A stretch of DNA of 64,000 nucleotides from Deltaproteobacteria bacterium (GTDB taxonomy: Bacteria; Myxococcota_A; Polyangia; Fen-1088): assembly GCA_033763315.1 (NCBI GenBank), contig JANRKS010000032.1, forward strand, positions 544,001 to 608,000. Direction: 5' to 3'. Of this stretch, positions 26,461 through 35,801 are shown piece by piece. Position 1 is the stretch's first letter. Each line of letters begins with the position of its first letter. The position numbers and the translations under genes are program-made. Under the pieces are notes generated by a model. The model made no database searches, was not told where the DNA came from, and saw only the letters and a program-made list of their open reading frames with translations.

Positions 26461-28302
26461 ATGTTTGAGGATATCGTTCACAAGGCGCGGTTGTCGCGGT
26501 TCGTCGAGTTGATTGAGTCCACCTTTGACGTGCGGCTGCAAGTTTGTGATGCGGCGGGCACGGCGGTTGTGGGCACGCTGCAGACGCCCGCGGCAACGTT
26601 GGCAGCGCAAGCTCCTGTGGTCGTGGGCCTCATCACCGCGGGTCGGGTGTTGGCTTATTCCGATAAGCCCGTTGACCCTCGCTTGCAGGGGTTCTTGGAG
26701 GCCCTGTCCGATCTAACCGCGGCCCTGGCGGCCTTTTCTGCCGAGGCCGGCGCCAAATCGATCGAGGTGGCGCGCACCGAAGAGCGCTTGCGGCTGGCGC
26801 TGGAGGCCACGACGGACGCGATCTGGGACTGGGACCTCACCACAAACAAAACCTACTACAGCCCGCGCTGGTACCAAATGTTGGGTTATGAGCCCGGCGC
26901 CTTTCCCTCATCCTTTGAGTCGTGGGCCGCCATGACAGACCCGCAGGACGTCGAACGCACTGTGGCCGTGGTCAATGCGGCCGTCGCCCGCGGCGAAGGG
27001 TATCATTCAGAATTTCGCATGCGGCACGCTGATGGAGGCTGGCGCGTGATCGTGGGTCGCGGCCGCGTGAGCGCGCGCGATGCCAGTGGCAAACCGATTC
27101 GCATGTCGGGCACGAACACCGATGTGACGTCGCAGCGCGAGGCGGAAAGAGAGCGCCTGCGGCTCGAAGGGGCCCTGCGACAGCGCGAGAAGCTCAGCGC
27201 CATCGGGCAGTTGGCGGGCGGCGTGGCGCACGATTTTAACAACCAGCTCACCACCGTTTTGGGCTCTGCAGAGCTATTGATGGAGTCGGTCAACAACCCG
27301 CAGGATCGGGAGCTTGTGCAGGACATCTTGGCGGCGGCTTCACGTTCTGCGGAGCTGACGCGCAAGTTGTTGTCGTTCTCGCGGCAGGGCCAAGTGCAAC
27401 GCAGTGAGATCGACGTTCATGCTTTGATCAACGAAGTGGTGGCGATGTTGCGGCGAAGCATTGATCGCCGCATTCGTTTGGAGACCGATCTGCGCGCGGC
27501 CTATCATGTGGTCAAAGGCGATTCAGCCGAGCTGCAAAACGCCATCTTGAACTTGGCGCTCAACGCGCGCGACGCCATGAGTGACGGCGGGCAGCTGACG
27601 TTTAAGACGCATAACATTTTCTTTGGCGCCAACGATCACGATCAGTTGCCCGATTTGGTGGAGGATCAGTATTTGGTGGTCGGTGTGGCGGACACAGGCC
27701 ACGGCATGTCGCCCGAAGTGCAGGCGCGCTTGTTCGAGCCGTTCTTCACCACAAAGCCCGCCGGCGTGGGCACCGGCATGGGGTTGGCATCGGTTTATGG
27801 GACCGTGAAGGCGCATCAAGGCGCCGTGCGCGTGACCACAGCGCTTGGCAAGGGAAGTGAATTTGCGGTGTATCTGCCTGTGATCGATACGAGCACGGCC
27901 GTACGTGTGCGCCGCACGTCAGATCTTCCCCAGATCCCGGCGTGCCGCGTGCTGGTGGTGGATGATGAGCCGCTCGTGCGGGAACAGTTTGCGCGATCGC
28001 TTCGCAGCCTTGGCCATCTTGCTGAAGTGGCCAGCGGGGGAGGGATTGGTGTGGCCCGCTTGCTGGCCTCCGAAAATGCATTCGACGTGGCGATCGTCGA
28101 CGTGAGCATGCCCGACATGAGCGGCCGCGAAACAATTGCGGCCATGCGCAAGGTGGCCCCACAACTGCGCTTCATCGTCACCTCTGGTTTTGCGGTGCAA
28201 GGCGAGGTGCAAGCGACGTTGGATGAAGGCGCGCGCGCGTTTATTCCGAAGCCGTTCTTCCGTTCGACCCTTGCACACGCTTTGGCCGAAGCTTTGCTGT
28301 GA
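26461..28302 (+). CDS. Hybrid sensor histidine kinase (PAS-HisKA-HATPase-receiver)
   Basis: PAS (IWDWD...YYSPRW..MLGY), H-box AHDFNNQL, N/G boxes NARDAM, DTG.GM, FFTTK..G.GTG.GL, receiver VVDDE...VD..MP...KP. Confidence 0.93.
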   Translation: MFEDIVHKARLSRFVELIESTFDVRLQVCDAAGTAVVGTLQTPAATLAAQAPVVVGLITAGRVLAYSDKPVDPRLQGFLEALSDLTAALAAFSAEAGAKSIEVARTEERLRLALEATTDAIWDWDLTTNKTYYSPRWYQMLGYEPGAFPSSFESWAAMTDPQDVERTVAVVNAAVARGEGYHSEFRMRHADGGWRVIVGRGRVSARDASGKPIRMSGTNTDVTSQREAERERLRLEGALRQREKLSAIGQLAGGVAHDFNNQLTTVLGSAELLMESVNNPQDRELVQDILAAASRSAELTRKLLSFSRQGQVQRSEIDVHALINEVVAMLRRSIDRRIRLETDLRAAYHVVKGDSAELQNAILNLALNARDAMSDGGQLTFKTHNIFFGANDHDQLPDLVEDQYLVVGVADTGHGMSPEVQARLFEPFFTTKPAGVGTGMGLASVYGTVKAHQGAVRVTTALGKGSEFAVYLPVIDTSTAVRVRRTSDLPQIPACRVLVVDDEPLVREQFARSLRSLGHLAEVASGGGIGVARLLASENAFDVAIVDVSMPDMSGRETIAAMRKVAPQLRFIVTSGFAVQGEVQATLDEGARAFIPKPFFRSTLAHALAEALL

Positions 28303-28307
28303 CGAAC

Positions 28308-28907
28308 TTAGTTCTTGTAGCCTGAGGAGCGGCTGCGCCCCAAGGACCAGGGCGCCGCGTCCGCCGTGGCGTCGTCATCGTCCAACAGATCGGCAGATGT
28401 GAACCCACGCGCACGCACGGCGCGGTTTTCAACTTGAATCGTTCTTGCCACGGGCCGATCGGCTTTCTCGGTCAGCTGACGAACGATTCGCGACAGATCG
28501 CCAAGCGCGGTTTCGCTCACCCTGCAATTGGCTTCGACGGTCGACGCAATGTACGGGCGCGTGCCGAGTGCGCCCCGCAACTCGCGCGCAACCGTGGCGG
28601 CTTGCTTCGCCATGTTGCCGAGCTCCTCCACGAACGACACGATCACGGCGCGGGCCGAGGTGCCTTTGGTTGCTTCGCCAGACGCTCGAAACGTGGCTGT
28701 CGTCAGTTGCGCCGCCATGGCTTCGATGTGGTCGCACACGCTTTTTAAAGCCACCAAGCGCTGCGCCACGTCGTCGGCTTCGTTGCGAGCCAGCGACAAG
28801 GCGGCGCGGCTGTCGTCTATGATGCGGTTCGCCTGCACCTCAAGGGCGCGCGGATCCGCCTCGGGAGGCAACAACGTTCCAGGTTTCGTCGACGTGGCGT
28901 TTGACAT
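28308..28907 (-). CDS. Soluble coiled-coil protein resembling a degenerate methyl-accepting chemotaxis signalling domain
   Basis: IEAMAAQLTTATFRASGEATKG...SFVEELGNMAKQAATVAREL aligns by eye with I..IA.QTNLLALNAAIEAARAG...VA.EVR.LA..T..AT.EI. Confidence 0.55.
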   Translation of the reverse strand: MSNATSTKPGTLLPPEADPRALEVQANRIIDDSRAALSLARNEADDVAQRLVALKSVCDHIEAMAAQLTTATFRASGEATKGTSARAVIVSFVEELGNMAKQAATVARELRGALGTRPYIASTVEANCRVSETALGDLSRIVRQLTEKADRPVARTIQVENRAVRARGFTSADLLDDDDATADAAPWSLGRSRSSGYKN

Positions 28908-29087
28908 GGTTGTAACCGGCACACAAATAATACCAATCCAAGTCCTACAAGCGAGCACAATCAATTGCATGTAGGTGGGGAAACGAGAACCTCAACGATT
29001 ACGTGCTAATAAGAAGGTTCCGCGCCATCGGAAAACGCCGCGGCCTTCGCCCCGCAGGGCGGCATTCGAACCAGGTCCGACAGCAAC

Positions 29088-29750
29088 ATGAGCCGAACAA
29101 TCTTGGTGGGCGACGTACACGGATGCATTGAAGAGCTTGAGGCCTTGCTCAAGGCCTGCGCCCACACGGCAGACGATCAAGTGGTGTTGGTGGGCGATCT
29201 GGTGGCCAAAGGCCCCGATTCCGCGGCGGTCGTCCAGTTGGCACGCGAATCAAGTTTCGAGGCCGTGTTGGGCAACCACGACGATCACGTGTTGTCCGTT
29301 ATTGCGGCAGGCGAGGCCTCGGCCAAACGCGCTCACCACGCGCAGGTGGCGGCAACTTTAACGAAGACAGATGTTGCCTGGCTGCAGGCGGTGCCGCTTT
29401 ACCTTGATGAATCTGTCCTTGGCCCGGGGCTTTTGGTGGTCCATGGAGGTTTGGTGCCCGGCATTCCCCTGCGCGAGCAATCTCGCAAACACTTGCTGAA
29501 CCTGCGCAGCTTTGCTGACGACGGCACGCCCTCGCGCAAGATAGAAGGCGTTCCTTGGGCGTCGCGGTGGCCCGGGCCCGCACGTGTTGTGTTTGGCCAT
29601 GATGCGCTTCGCGGCTTACAACAACACCCGCACGCCACGGGCTTAGATACTGGGTGCGTTTACGGGCACCGTCTCACCGCCTTGGTGCTGCCTGAAAACC
29701 GCTTGGTTTCCGTGGCGGCAAAGCGCGCCTATAGCGGTTTCGATACCTAA
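29088..29750 (+). CDS. Metallophosphoesterase (ApaH/PrpE-like)
   Basis: GDVHGC, GDLVAKGPDS, LGNHD, VHGG, FGHD, GLDTGCVYG..LTA. Confidence 0.9.
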   Translation: MSRTILVGDVHGCIEELEALLKACAHTADDQVVLVGDLVAKGPDSAAVVQLARESSFEAVLGNHDDHVLSVIAAGEASAKRAHHAQVAATLTKTDVAWLQAVPLYLDESVLGPGLLVVHGGLVPGIPLREQSRKHLLNLRSFADDGTPSRKIEGVPWASRWPGPARVVFGHDALRGLQQHPHATGLDTGCVYGHRLTALVLPENRLVSVAAKRAYSGFDT

Positions 29751-29779
29751 AGGATTGCCGGACTGCGCCGATACCCCTT

Positions 29780-30295
29780 GTGGGGTTGCATTTGCCGTTT
29801 ACACGTCGGCGCCTACTTACAGCGGGCTTAGTGCCAGTTGCCGGCTATTTCGGCAGCGCAGGGTTCGCGTGTGCGGCCGAAGCGGCGGGGCTGGTACTGG
29901 TTACAGCGGCCAAAACGCAGCTCGAGAACATCTCCGCAGGTGATTTGCGGCAGCTGTTCTTGGGAGAAACGATCCGCGACAAAGGCAACCAAAAGCTGGT
30001 GCCGTTGAACCATCAGCCCGGCAGTTTGGAACGCGGGCTTTTCGATCAGCGCGTGCTCGGCATGAGCCAAGACGAAATGGCTCGTTACTGGATCGACCAA
30101 AAAGTGCGTGGTTTGAAAGGGCCACCGCGCAACTTGGCACCCGCACAGATGGTGGCGCGTGTGGTGGAACGGTTTCCGGGCGCCGTTTCGTACCTGAGGC
30201 CGGAGCATGTGATCACGGGCCTTCGAATGGTGCGGATCGAAAACGTTGAGCCGGGCGCGGATAACTATCTGCTGGCAGACCGGGGGCGTAAATGA
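29780..30295 (+). CDS. Small periplasmic-binding-protein-like protein (PstS-like fragment family), probable Tat substrate
   Basis: Twin-arginine TRRRLL signal. IS..DLRQLFLG, R..F...VLGMS..E..RYW and V...PGAVSY pattern typical of porin-associated small proteins. Confidence 0.65.
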   Translation: MGLHLPFTRRRLLTAGLVPVAGYFGSAGFACAAEAAGLVLVTAAKTQLENISAGDLRQLFLGETIRDKGNQKLVPLNHQPGSLERGLFDQRVLGMSQDEMARYWIDQKVRGLKGPPRNLAPAQMVARVVERFPGAVSYLRPEHVITGLRMVRIENVEPGADNYLLADRGRK

Positions 30296-30951
30296 AGGCT
30301 TGGCTTTGCATTGCCGTCACGGTGTTGGCCTCGGCGGGCTGCTTGTTGGACACCGACAGGCACTGTGGACCAAATCAAGATCTCACGATCGAGAACGTGT
30401 GTGTTTGCAAACCCAATGCGGTGGTGTCTGAAACCGCGGCGGGTGCGTGTGTCTTGTGCGGCCTAAATCAAGCCGTCGTGGGCGGTAAATGCCAGTGCGT
30501 TGATGGGTTTGTGGCCGCTGCCGATGGCACCTGCGCGCCCAAGCCCTCCGGCTTAGGAGACGCGTGCAACCCGGCGGCCCCTGCGTGCGGCAACGCTGAT
30601 TTCAATACATGCGTGGCAACGAGCGGAACCACGGGTTATTGCAGCAAGGCCGGCTGTGCGGCGCCCGCGGATTGCCCCACAGGTTTTGCTTGTGACACAG
30701 CCGTCACGGGCGGCGTGTGCAAGCGCGCACCGCGAGGGCAGGGCCAAGCCTGCAGCCGTGATGCGGAGTGTGCGGGCACCGAGGCTGAATTTTGTGCACC
30801 AATCATCAACCAATGTCTCGTGCAGGGTTGCGCGTTGACGGCCCCGGGCGCGTGTTTTCCCGGATACATCTGCTGCGACCTCACGGCGTTGGGCGCCGCC
30901 AAAACGGCGTGTTTGCCAGCAGATAAGCTGCCGCAAGGAAAGTGCCCATGA
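30292..30951 (+). CDS. Cysteine-rich lipoprotein
   Basis: Lipobox SAGC. 26 further Cys arranged as two EGF-like CGxNQ..CxC..C units and two G.G.AC...C repeats. Confidence 0.8.
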   Translation: MKAWLCIAVTVLASAGCLLDTDRHCGPNQDLTIENVCVCKPNAVVSETAAGACVLCGLNQAVVGGKCQCVDGFVAAADGTCAPKPSGLGDACNPAAPACGNADFNTCVATSGTTGYCSKAGCAAPADCPTGFACDTAVTGGVCKRAPRGQGQACSRDAECAGTEAEFCAPIINQCLVQGCALTAPGACFPGYICCDLTALGAAKTACLPADKLPQGKCP

Positions 30952-32333
30952 GACGTGGTCGGCTTGCTTTTGCAGTCAGCCTCATCGTTGCGTTGGCGCA
31001 GCCGGCCGTTGCTTGGTCACAAGACACCGGCGCACGCGATGTTGTGCCGGCGGTTCCCCCGGCGTCTGCGGTGCCGGAGGCTTCTGTGGTGCCCGCGGCA
31101 GCGCCCGCGGCTGACGCTCAGACCCCCCTTGATCTCACAGCGCTTGATCCGAATTTATTGGCCGACCCAGGCGATCCCCGCGCGAATGAGGCGCGGCTCG
31201 ATATCTACGGGTTCTCTGATTTCACCTACGGCGGCTTTTACCTTCCCAAAGGCAACCGCTGGCGTGGCTATCTGAACCCGCACTCCGGGTTCGGCATCGG
31301 CAACTTGAACGTCTATTTCAAAGGCACGCTCAGCGAGCGTGCGCGCAGTTTGGTCGAGATTCGGTTCATGTATTTGCCCAGCGCATACCCGCAGGTCCAA
31401 TCGGACGGTAGCGTTAAATACACCGATACAAAAGTGCGTGATCCGCTGGAGTTAAACCGCGAGCTGCGCTGGGGCGGCATTGTGATTGAGCGAGCTTGGG
31501 TGGAGTACGAACTGCATGAGCTGCTCACGGTGAGGGCCGGGCAGTTCCTCACGCCGTATGGCATTTGGAACGTTGATCACGGCTCGCCCACAATCATCGG
31601 CATTCGCCGCCCGTTTGTGGTGACAGAGCCCTTCATTCCCGAACGTCAAACGGGCATTGAGACGTACGGCCGGCGCAGTTTTTCGAATTTGGTGGCGGGG
31701 TATCACCTCACGCTCTCCAACGGACGCGGCATTGGTGAAGAATATCTGGATCGCGATGACAACAAGGCCGTGGGCGGCCGCGCGTTTGTCACAACCATGG
31801 CCGTGGGCGAACTCACGCTGGGCGGCTCTTTTTACCGCGCCCGCCGAACCACAACCGCAGACAAGTTCACCTATGGGCCTTCGGGCGAAAAACTGTTCAC
31901 CGATCGAATCATCGAGCGCAGCCGCGAAATTGGTTTGGCGGCCGATGTGAAGTGGCGCTGGCGCAATCTGCATGTGCAAGGCGAATTGCTGGCGCGGCAA
32001 CGTAACTTCGACGACAACGCGCGCGAGCGGTTGTCGGACTATTCAGTGCCCTCCTTCACGCCCAACAACTTCCGCTGGGGCGCCTACGGCTTGGTGGGTT
32101 ACCGCACACCATTGGCAGGCATCATGCCCTTCGTGTTGGTGGAGCGGGTCACGTTCCCAACGGGCGATCTCCCAAACGCCATGAGCGTGCACTTGGGCCT
32201 GAATTACCGGCCGGAGGCGTCTTTGGTGCTCAAGGCCGAAGCGATGTATGCCTGGTTCCCTGGCGCCTTGCAGACCTCGTTCGGCGTGGACAATCTCATC
32301 TCTTACGCTCTGCAAGTGGCCTGGGTGTTCTAG
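30948..32333 (+). CDS. Outer-membrane porin-like beta-barrel protein
   Basis: Signal peptide, IYGFSDF, IERAWVEY, VRAGQFLTPYGIWNVDHGSP, D..KAVGGR, C-terminal AWVF. ATGA overlap with the upstream gene. Confidence 0.8.
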   Translation: MRRGRLAFAVSLIVALAQPAVAWSQDTGARDVVPAVPPASAVPEASVVPAAAPAADAQTPLDLTALDPNLLADPGDPRANEARLDIYGFSDFTYGGFYLPKGNRWRGYLNPHSGFGIGNLNVYFKGTLSERARSLVEIRFMYLPSAYPQVQSDGSVKYTDTKVRDPLELNRELRWGGIVIERAWVEYELHELLTVRAGQFLTPYGIWNVDHGSPTIIGIRRPFVVTEPFIPERQTGIETYGRRSFSNLVAGYHLTLSNGRGIGEEYLDRDDNKAVGGRAFVTTMAVGELTLGGSFYRARRTTTADKFTYGPSGEKLFTDRIIERSREIGLAADVKWRWRNLHVQGELLARQRNFDDNARERLSDYSVPSFTPNNFRWGAYGLVGYRTPLAGIMPFVLVERVTFPTGDLPNAMSVHLGLNYRPEASLVLKAEAMYAWFPGALQTSFGVDNLISYALQVAWVF

Positions 32334-34231
32334 TCTGCGTCACCCGCTTCGATGCCGAAGACAGTGCGGTAAAACGCGAGCTCTTCATCGAACACACGGC
32401 GAATGGTTTCGGCGCGCCTGAAGCCGTGACCCTCATCTGGGAAGGCCACGTACTTCGTGGTGATGCCTTTGGCCAGCAAGGCTTCATACATCCTCTGCGC
32501 CTGAGACGCAGGCACGACCTTATCTTCTAAGCCTTGAAAAAAGATGACGGGGGCCGTGATCGCATGCGCGGCGTGCAGCGGCGATCGCTCCCGATACACC
32601 GATGCGGCCGCCGGGTAGGGGCCGATGAGGCCATCAAGGTAACGGGATTCAAACTTGTGCGTGTCACGCGCCAACGCTTCTAGATCAGACACGCCATATA
32701 GAGTGGCGCCAGCGCCAAACACATTGTGAAACGCAAGCGCCGACAACACCGTGAATCCACCAGCGCTGCTGCCCCGAATCGCCATGCGCGCTCGATCCAC
32801 CCAACCCCGCGCGCTGGCTTGCTGTGCGGCGGCCACACAATCAGCCACGTCAACGACGCCCCACTGGCCTTGGAGTTGCTGCCGAAACGCGCGCCCATAC
32901 CCCGTGCTGCCGCGGTAATTGACATCAATCACCGCGAACCCGCGTGAGGTCCAGTAGGCGATGCTGGGATTGAACGCGGGATGGGTTTGCGCCGTGGGAC
33001 CACTGTGTGCCATCACCACCAGGGGCGGCTTCTCGCGCGCGGGGCCTTCGTGCGTGGCACTAAACGGCGGATAGAACAGCGCATGTGCCGCGCCCTTGTC
33101 GTTGGTTGTAAAGTCATACGCCAGGGGTTGCGCCACCGAGTCTTTGATCTCGGGTGTCACTTGCAGTGACGATTTGATCAACGTGTAGCCGCCCGTCAGC
33201 GGCACACGCACAACCGCGTTTGGCACATGGGGCGCAGAGCCGATGGCAACGATGACGTCATCTTGCGCATGCAGATGTGAAAGGGCGGGCAGATCGTTCA
33301 CAAGCACCCGCTGCGAACCATCGGTGCTGTTAAACGCGTAAATCTGCCAGCGACCTGCAGCGGTGCCAGCGGCAACAAGTGTGTGTTCGTTGCACCAACC
33401 CAGCGTTGACATGCCAAACTGCCACTGCGGCAGCGCGAACTCCGTTTGGCCCTGCGTGAGCGCTTGCCTTCCTTTGTGTGGGCTCCATGTGTAGATGTTC
33501 CAGTAACCCTCGGCTTCCCATGCGAAAGCCAACGTCCCCGTGGGTGACCAAGCCGGCCCGAAGACAGAGGCGCTCGCATCGCCCGCGATGTGCGTGGTGG
33601 ACGCGAGCGCCCCGTCGCTGGCCACGTCGCAAAGCCACAGCTCTGCAGCATCCCACGGCATGTGCGGGTGATCCCACGCGAGGTAAGCGAGCTGGTCACC
33701 ATGGGCGCAAAGGCGCGGGCTTGCGAAGAAGCTTCGGCCGCTCGCCAGCACGGCAATTTTACCGGAAGCCAAATCGATCGAAACCAGCGCATTTTCAGGC
33801 TCGCCTTCGCCAACGTGGTTTTCTCCCACCGCCAACAGGCGTTGACGTTTTTCGTCGTACTGGAGATCGGCCAACCGCCAATCGCTGGGCTGTGTGATCG
33901 CACGGCAATGGCCGTCACCGCGTGTGTGGAACACCTGTTCGGAGGCGTCATCGCAAAACCACAGATCATCGCCGTGCACGCAGTAGGCACCGCCGCCGTA
34001 CTCGTGCACGCGTGTGCGCGCTCCAAACGGCGCCGGGATCCAATCGCGTGTGCCGCTTTCGTCGTGTGCCACCACCACCATGCGCCCTTGCTCCCACGGC
34101 CGCCCCTCGACCCAAAACAACCTCTGCCCCTGCGCTTGCGCCGCTGACAAACGAAGCGCGGCGTTGGTGAGCCAGGTGGTGGTGACGGGTGAGGGCCACG
34201 CGCCAAATGGCGCCACGGTTTTGGTGGTCAT
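32330..34231 (-). CDS. S9 family peptidase (prolyl oligopeptidase/acylaminoacyl peptidase-like)
   Basis: APFG.W.SP, RVHEYGGG, HP.MPWD, VNYRGSTGYGR, nucleophile GSSAGG, FQG.EDKVVP, EGHGFR. Confidence 0.93.
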   Translation of the reverse strand: MTTKTVAPFGAWPSPVTTTWLTNAALRLSAAQAQGQRLFWVEGRPWEQGRMVVVAHDESGTRDWIPAPFGARTRVHEYGGGAYCVHGDDLWFCDDASEQVFHTRGDGHCRAITQPSDWRLADLQYDEKRQRLLAVGENHVGEGEPENALVSIDLASGKIAVLASGRSFFASPRLCAHGDQLAYLAWDHPHMPWDAAELWLCDVASDGALASTTHIAGDASASVFGPAWSPTGTLAFAWEAEGYWNIYTWSPHKGRQALTQGQTEFALPQWQFGMSTLGWCNEHTLVAAGTAAGRWQIYAFNSTDGSQRVLVNDLPALSHLHAQDDVIVAIGSAPHVPNAVVRVPLTGGYTLIKSSLQVTPEIKDSVAQPLAYDFTTNDKGAAHALFYPPFSATHEGPAREKPPLVVMAHSGPTAQTHPAFNPSIAYWTSRGFAVIDVNYRGSTGYGRAFRQQLQGQWGVVDVADCVAAAQQASARGWVDRARMAIRGSSAGGFTVLSALAFHNVFGAGATLYGVSDLEALARDTHKFESRYLDGLIGPYPAAASVYRERSPLHAAHAITAPVIFFQGLEDKVVPASQAQRMYEALLAKGITTKYVAFPDEGHGFRRAETIRRVFDEELAFYRTVFGIEAGDAD

Positions 34232-34296
34232 GCACGCAGGTTAACAGGCGCCAGGCGTGCCTTGACAGCGCCGATGGCACAACCCACCCTTTCTTC

Positions 34297-34809
34297 ATGC
34301 TGGCTTATTCGCGTTTGTCACGGTCGTGCGGTGTCTTGCTTGTTTGGGCGGCCGTGGCGGTGGCGTGTGACAACGCAGACGTGCCCGGTTCCGCCACCAC
34401 GCGTTTGGCGTGTGAGGCCTTCAAGCAAACCATGGCGACCCCTGTCACATTCGAGGCCTTCTCGGCAGGGCCAGGGCCCATCCTCACAACGCAAACCACG
34501 CCTTTTGCGGTGACCTTGGCGCCCACCGTGGCCCCGGGGCAGTATTCGGGCCACGCGCAATGGCAGATCAATGCGCCCGGGATCTACGGCATGTACGTGG
34601 ACCAAGCGGCCACTTTTTTACTTCGTGATTCCGCGAAAGCCTTGGTGACGTTCAAGCACCAGCTTGGCTCGCCTCGCTCATGTGAGGCCATTGGCCGCTA
34701 CGCGTTTATGAACCTGGCGGCCGGTGTGTATTCGATCGAGCTTGGCCCCACCGTCTTTCCTTCGGTGCGCTTGCAGTTGGTGCCCACGGCCGCCAACGAC
34801 GACATCTAA
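34297..34809 (+). CDS. Hypothetical lipoprotein
   Basis: Lipobox AVAC, beta-rich body with a Cys pair and L.AG.Y.IELGP. Start placed at ATG 34297. Confidence 0.6.
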   Translation: MLAYSRLSRSCGVLLVWAAVAVACDNADVPGSATTRLACEAFKQTMATPVTFEAFSAGPGPILTTQTTPFAVTLAPTVAPGQYSGHAQWQINAPGIYGMYVDQAATFLLRDSAKALVTFKHQLGSPRSCEAIGRYAFMNLAAGVYSIELGPTVFPSVRLQLVPTAANDDI

Positions 34810-34913
34810 AGGGGTTTCGGATCGGGATCAATTTGCGCTGGCTTGCCAACGCTTGCATCGAATTCGAAAACTTTGCGTGTTTGAGGCCCCAGGATCGCTG
34901 GTAGCCTCACCAC

Positions 34914-35792
34914 ATGACAACCACGCGACCTGTTCTTGTTGCCACCGACCTTAGCGATCACGCCAGCCTCGCCTTGCGCATGGCAGACAAGCTGGCGCGT
35001 GAGCAGAACGCGCCGCTTTTCGTGGTGCACGTGTTGCCCGAAATGTATTCGGTGCACGCGCTGTTTCCGCAGTTGAACCTCGATGCTGCATTTTCTTTCG
35101 CGGCGCTGGAAGTGCAGGCCGCCGAGGCGGTTACAAAGCACGTCAACGATCAAACGGGACGAACGATCGAGGAGTACAAGATCTTGCTTGCCCACGGCAC
35201 CCCCGACGCGGGCATTGACGAGCAGGCGCGGCAAGTGAACGCGGGTACGATCGTGGTGGGCGCCAGTGGCCGTGGTGTGGCTCACCTGCTGGGCCGCACT
35301 GTTCGTCGCGTGGTCAGGCATGCGCCTTGCGATGTCTTGGTCGTCCGCAAGGCCGGCCAAAACGGTGTGGTGGTGGGCACCGACTTCTCAGACGCTTCGC
35401 AGCCCGCGATTGTCCGCGCGGCCGAAGAGGCCCAACGGAGGCATGCGAAGGCAGATCTTGTGTACAGCCTTGATTTCATTCCTCCCGGCGTCGCCCTGCC
35501 GGGCGTGGATGTGCCCATGCCCAGCCTTTCGGCGTTGGATCAAGTGCGCGCGCAGATGCAGCAGTTGCTGCAAGAACAAGCCTCAAAGTTTGGCGCCACG
35601 CCTGTTTTGAAAGAAGGCCCGGCCGCGCACAGCCTGGCTGAGGTGGCGCGCGAAAAGGACGCGGGGCTGGTGGTGGTGGGCACGCACGGCCGCACAGGCT
35701 TTGGCCGGTTTGCTTTGGGCAGTGTGGCTGAGACGGTGGTTGAAACCGCCCCGTGTTCAGTCTTGGTTGTGAGAACCACGCCCACCAGCTAA
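34914..35792 (+). CDS. Universal stress protein, tandem USP domains
   Basis: VLVATDLS..A, VVRHAPCDVLVV. Second domain VGTDFS..S, VVGTHGRTG..RF.LGSVAE.V...APCSVLVV. Confidence 0.93.
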   Translation: MTTTRPVLVATDLSDHASLALRMADKLAREQNAPLFVVHVLPEMYSVHALFPQLNLDAAFSFAALEVQAAEAVTKHVNDQTGRTIEEYKILLAHGTPDAGIDEQARQVNAGTIVVGASGRGVAHLLGRTVRRVVRHAPCDVLVVRKAGQNGVVVGTDFSDASQPAIVRAAEEAQRRHAKADLVYSLDFIPPGVALPGVDVPMPSLSALDQVRAQMQQLLQEQASKFGATPVLKEGPAAHSLAEVAREKDAGLVVVGTHGRTGFGRFALGSVAETVVETAPCSVLVVRTTPTS

Positions 35793-35801
35793 ACAGGGCG
35801 C

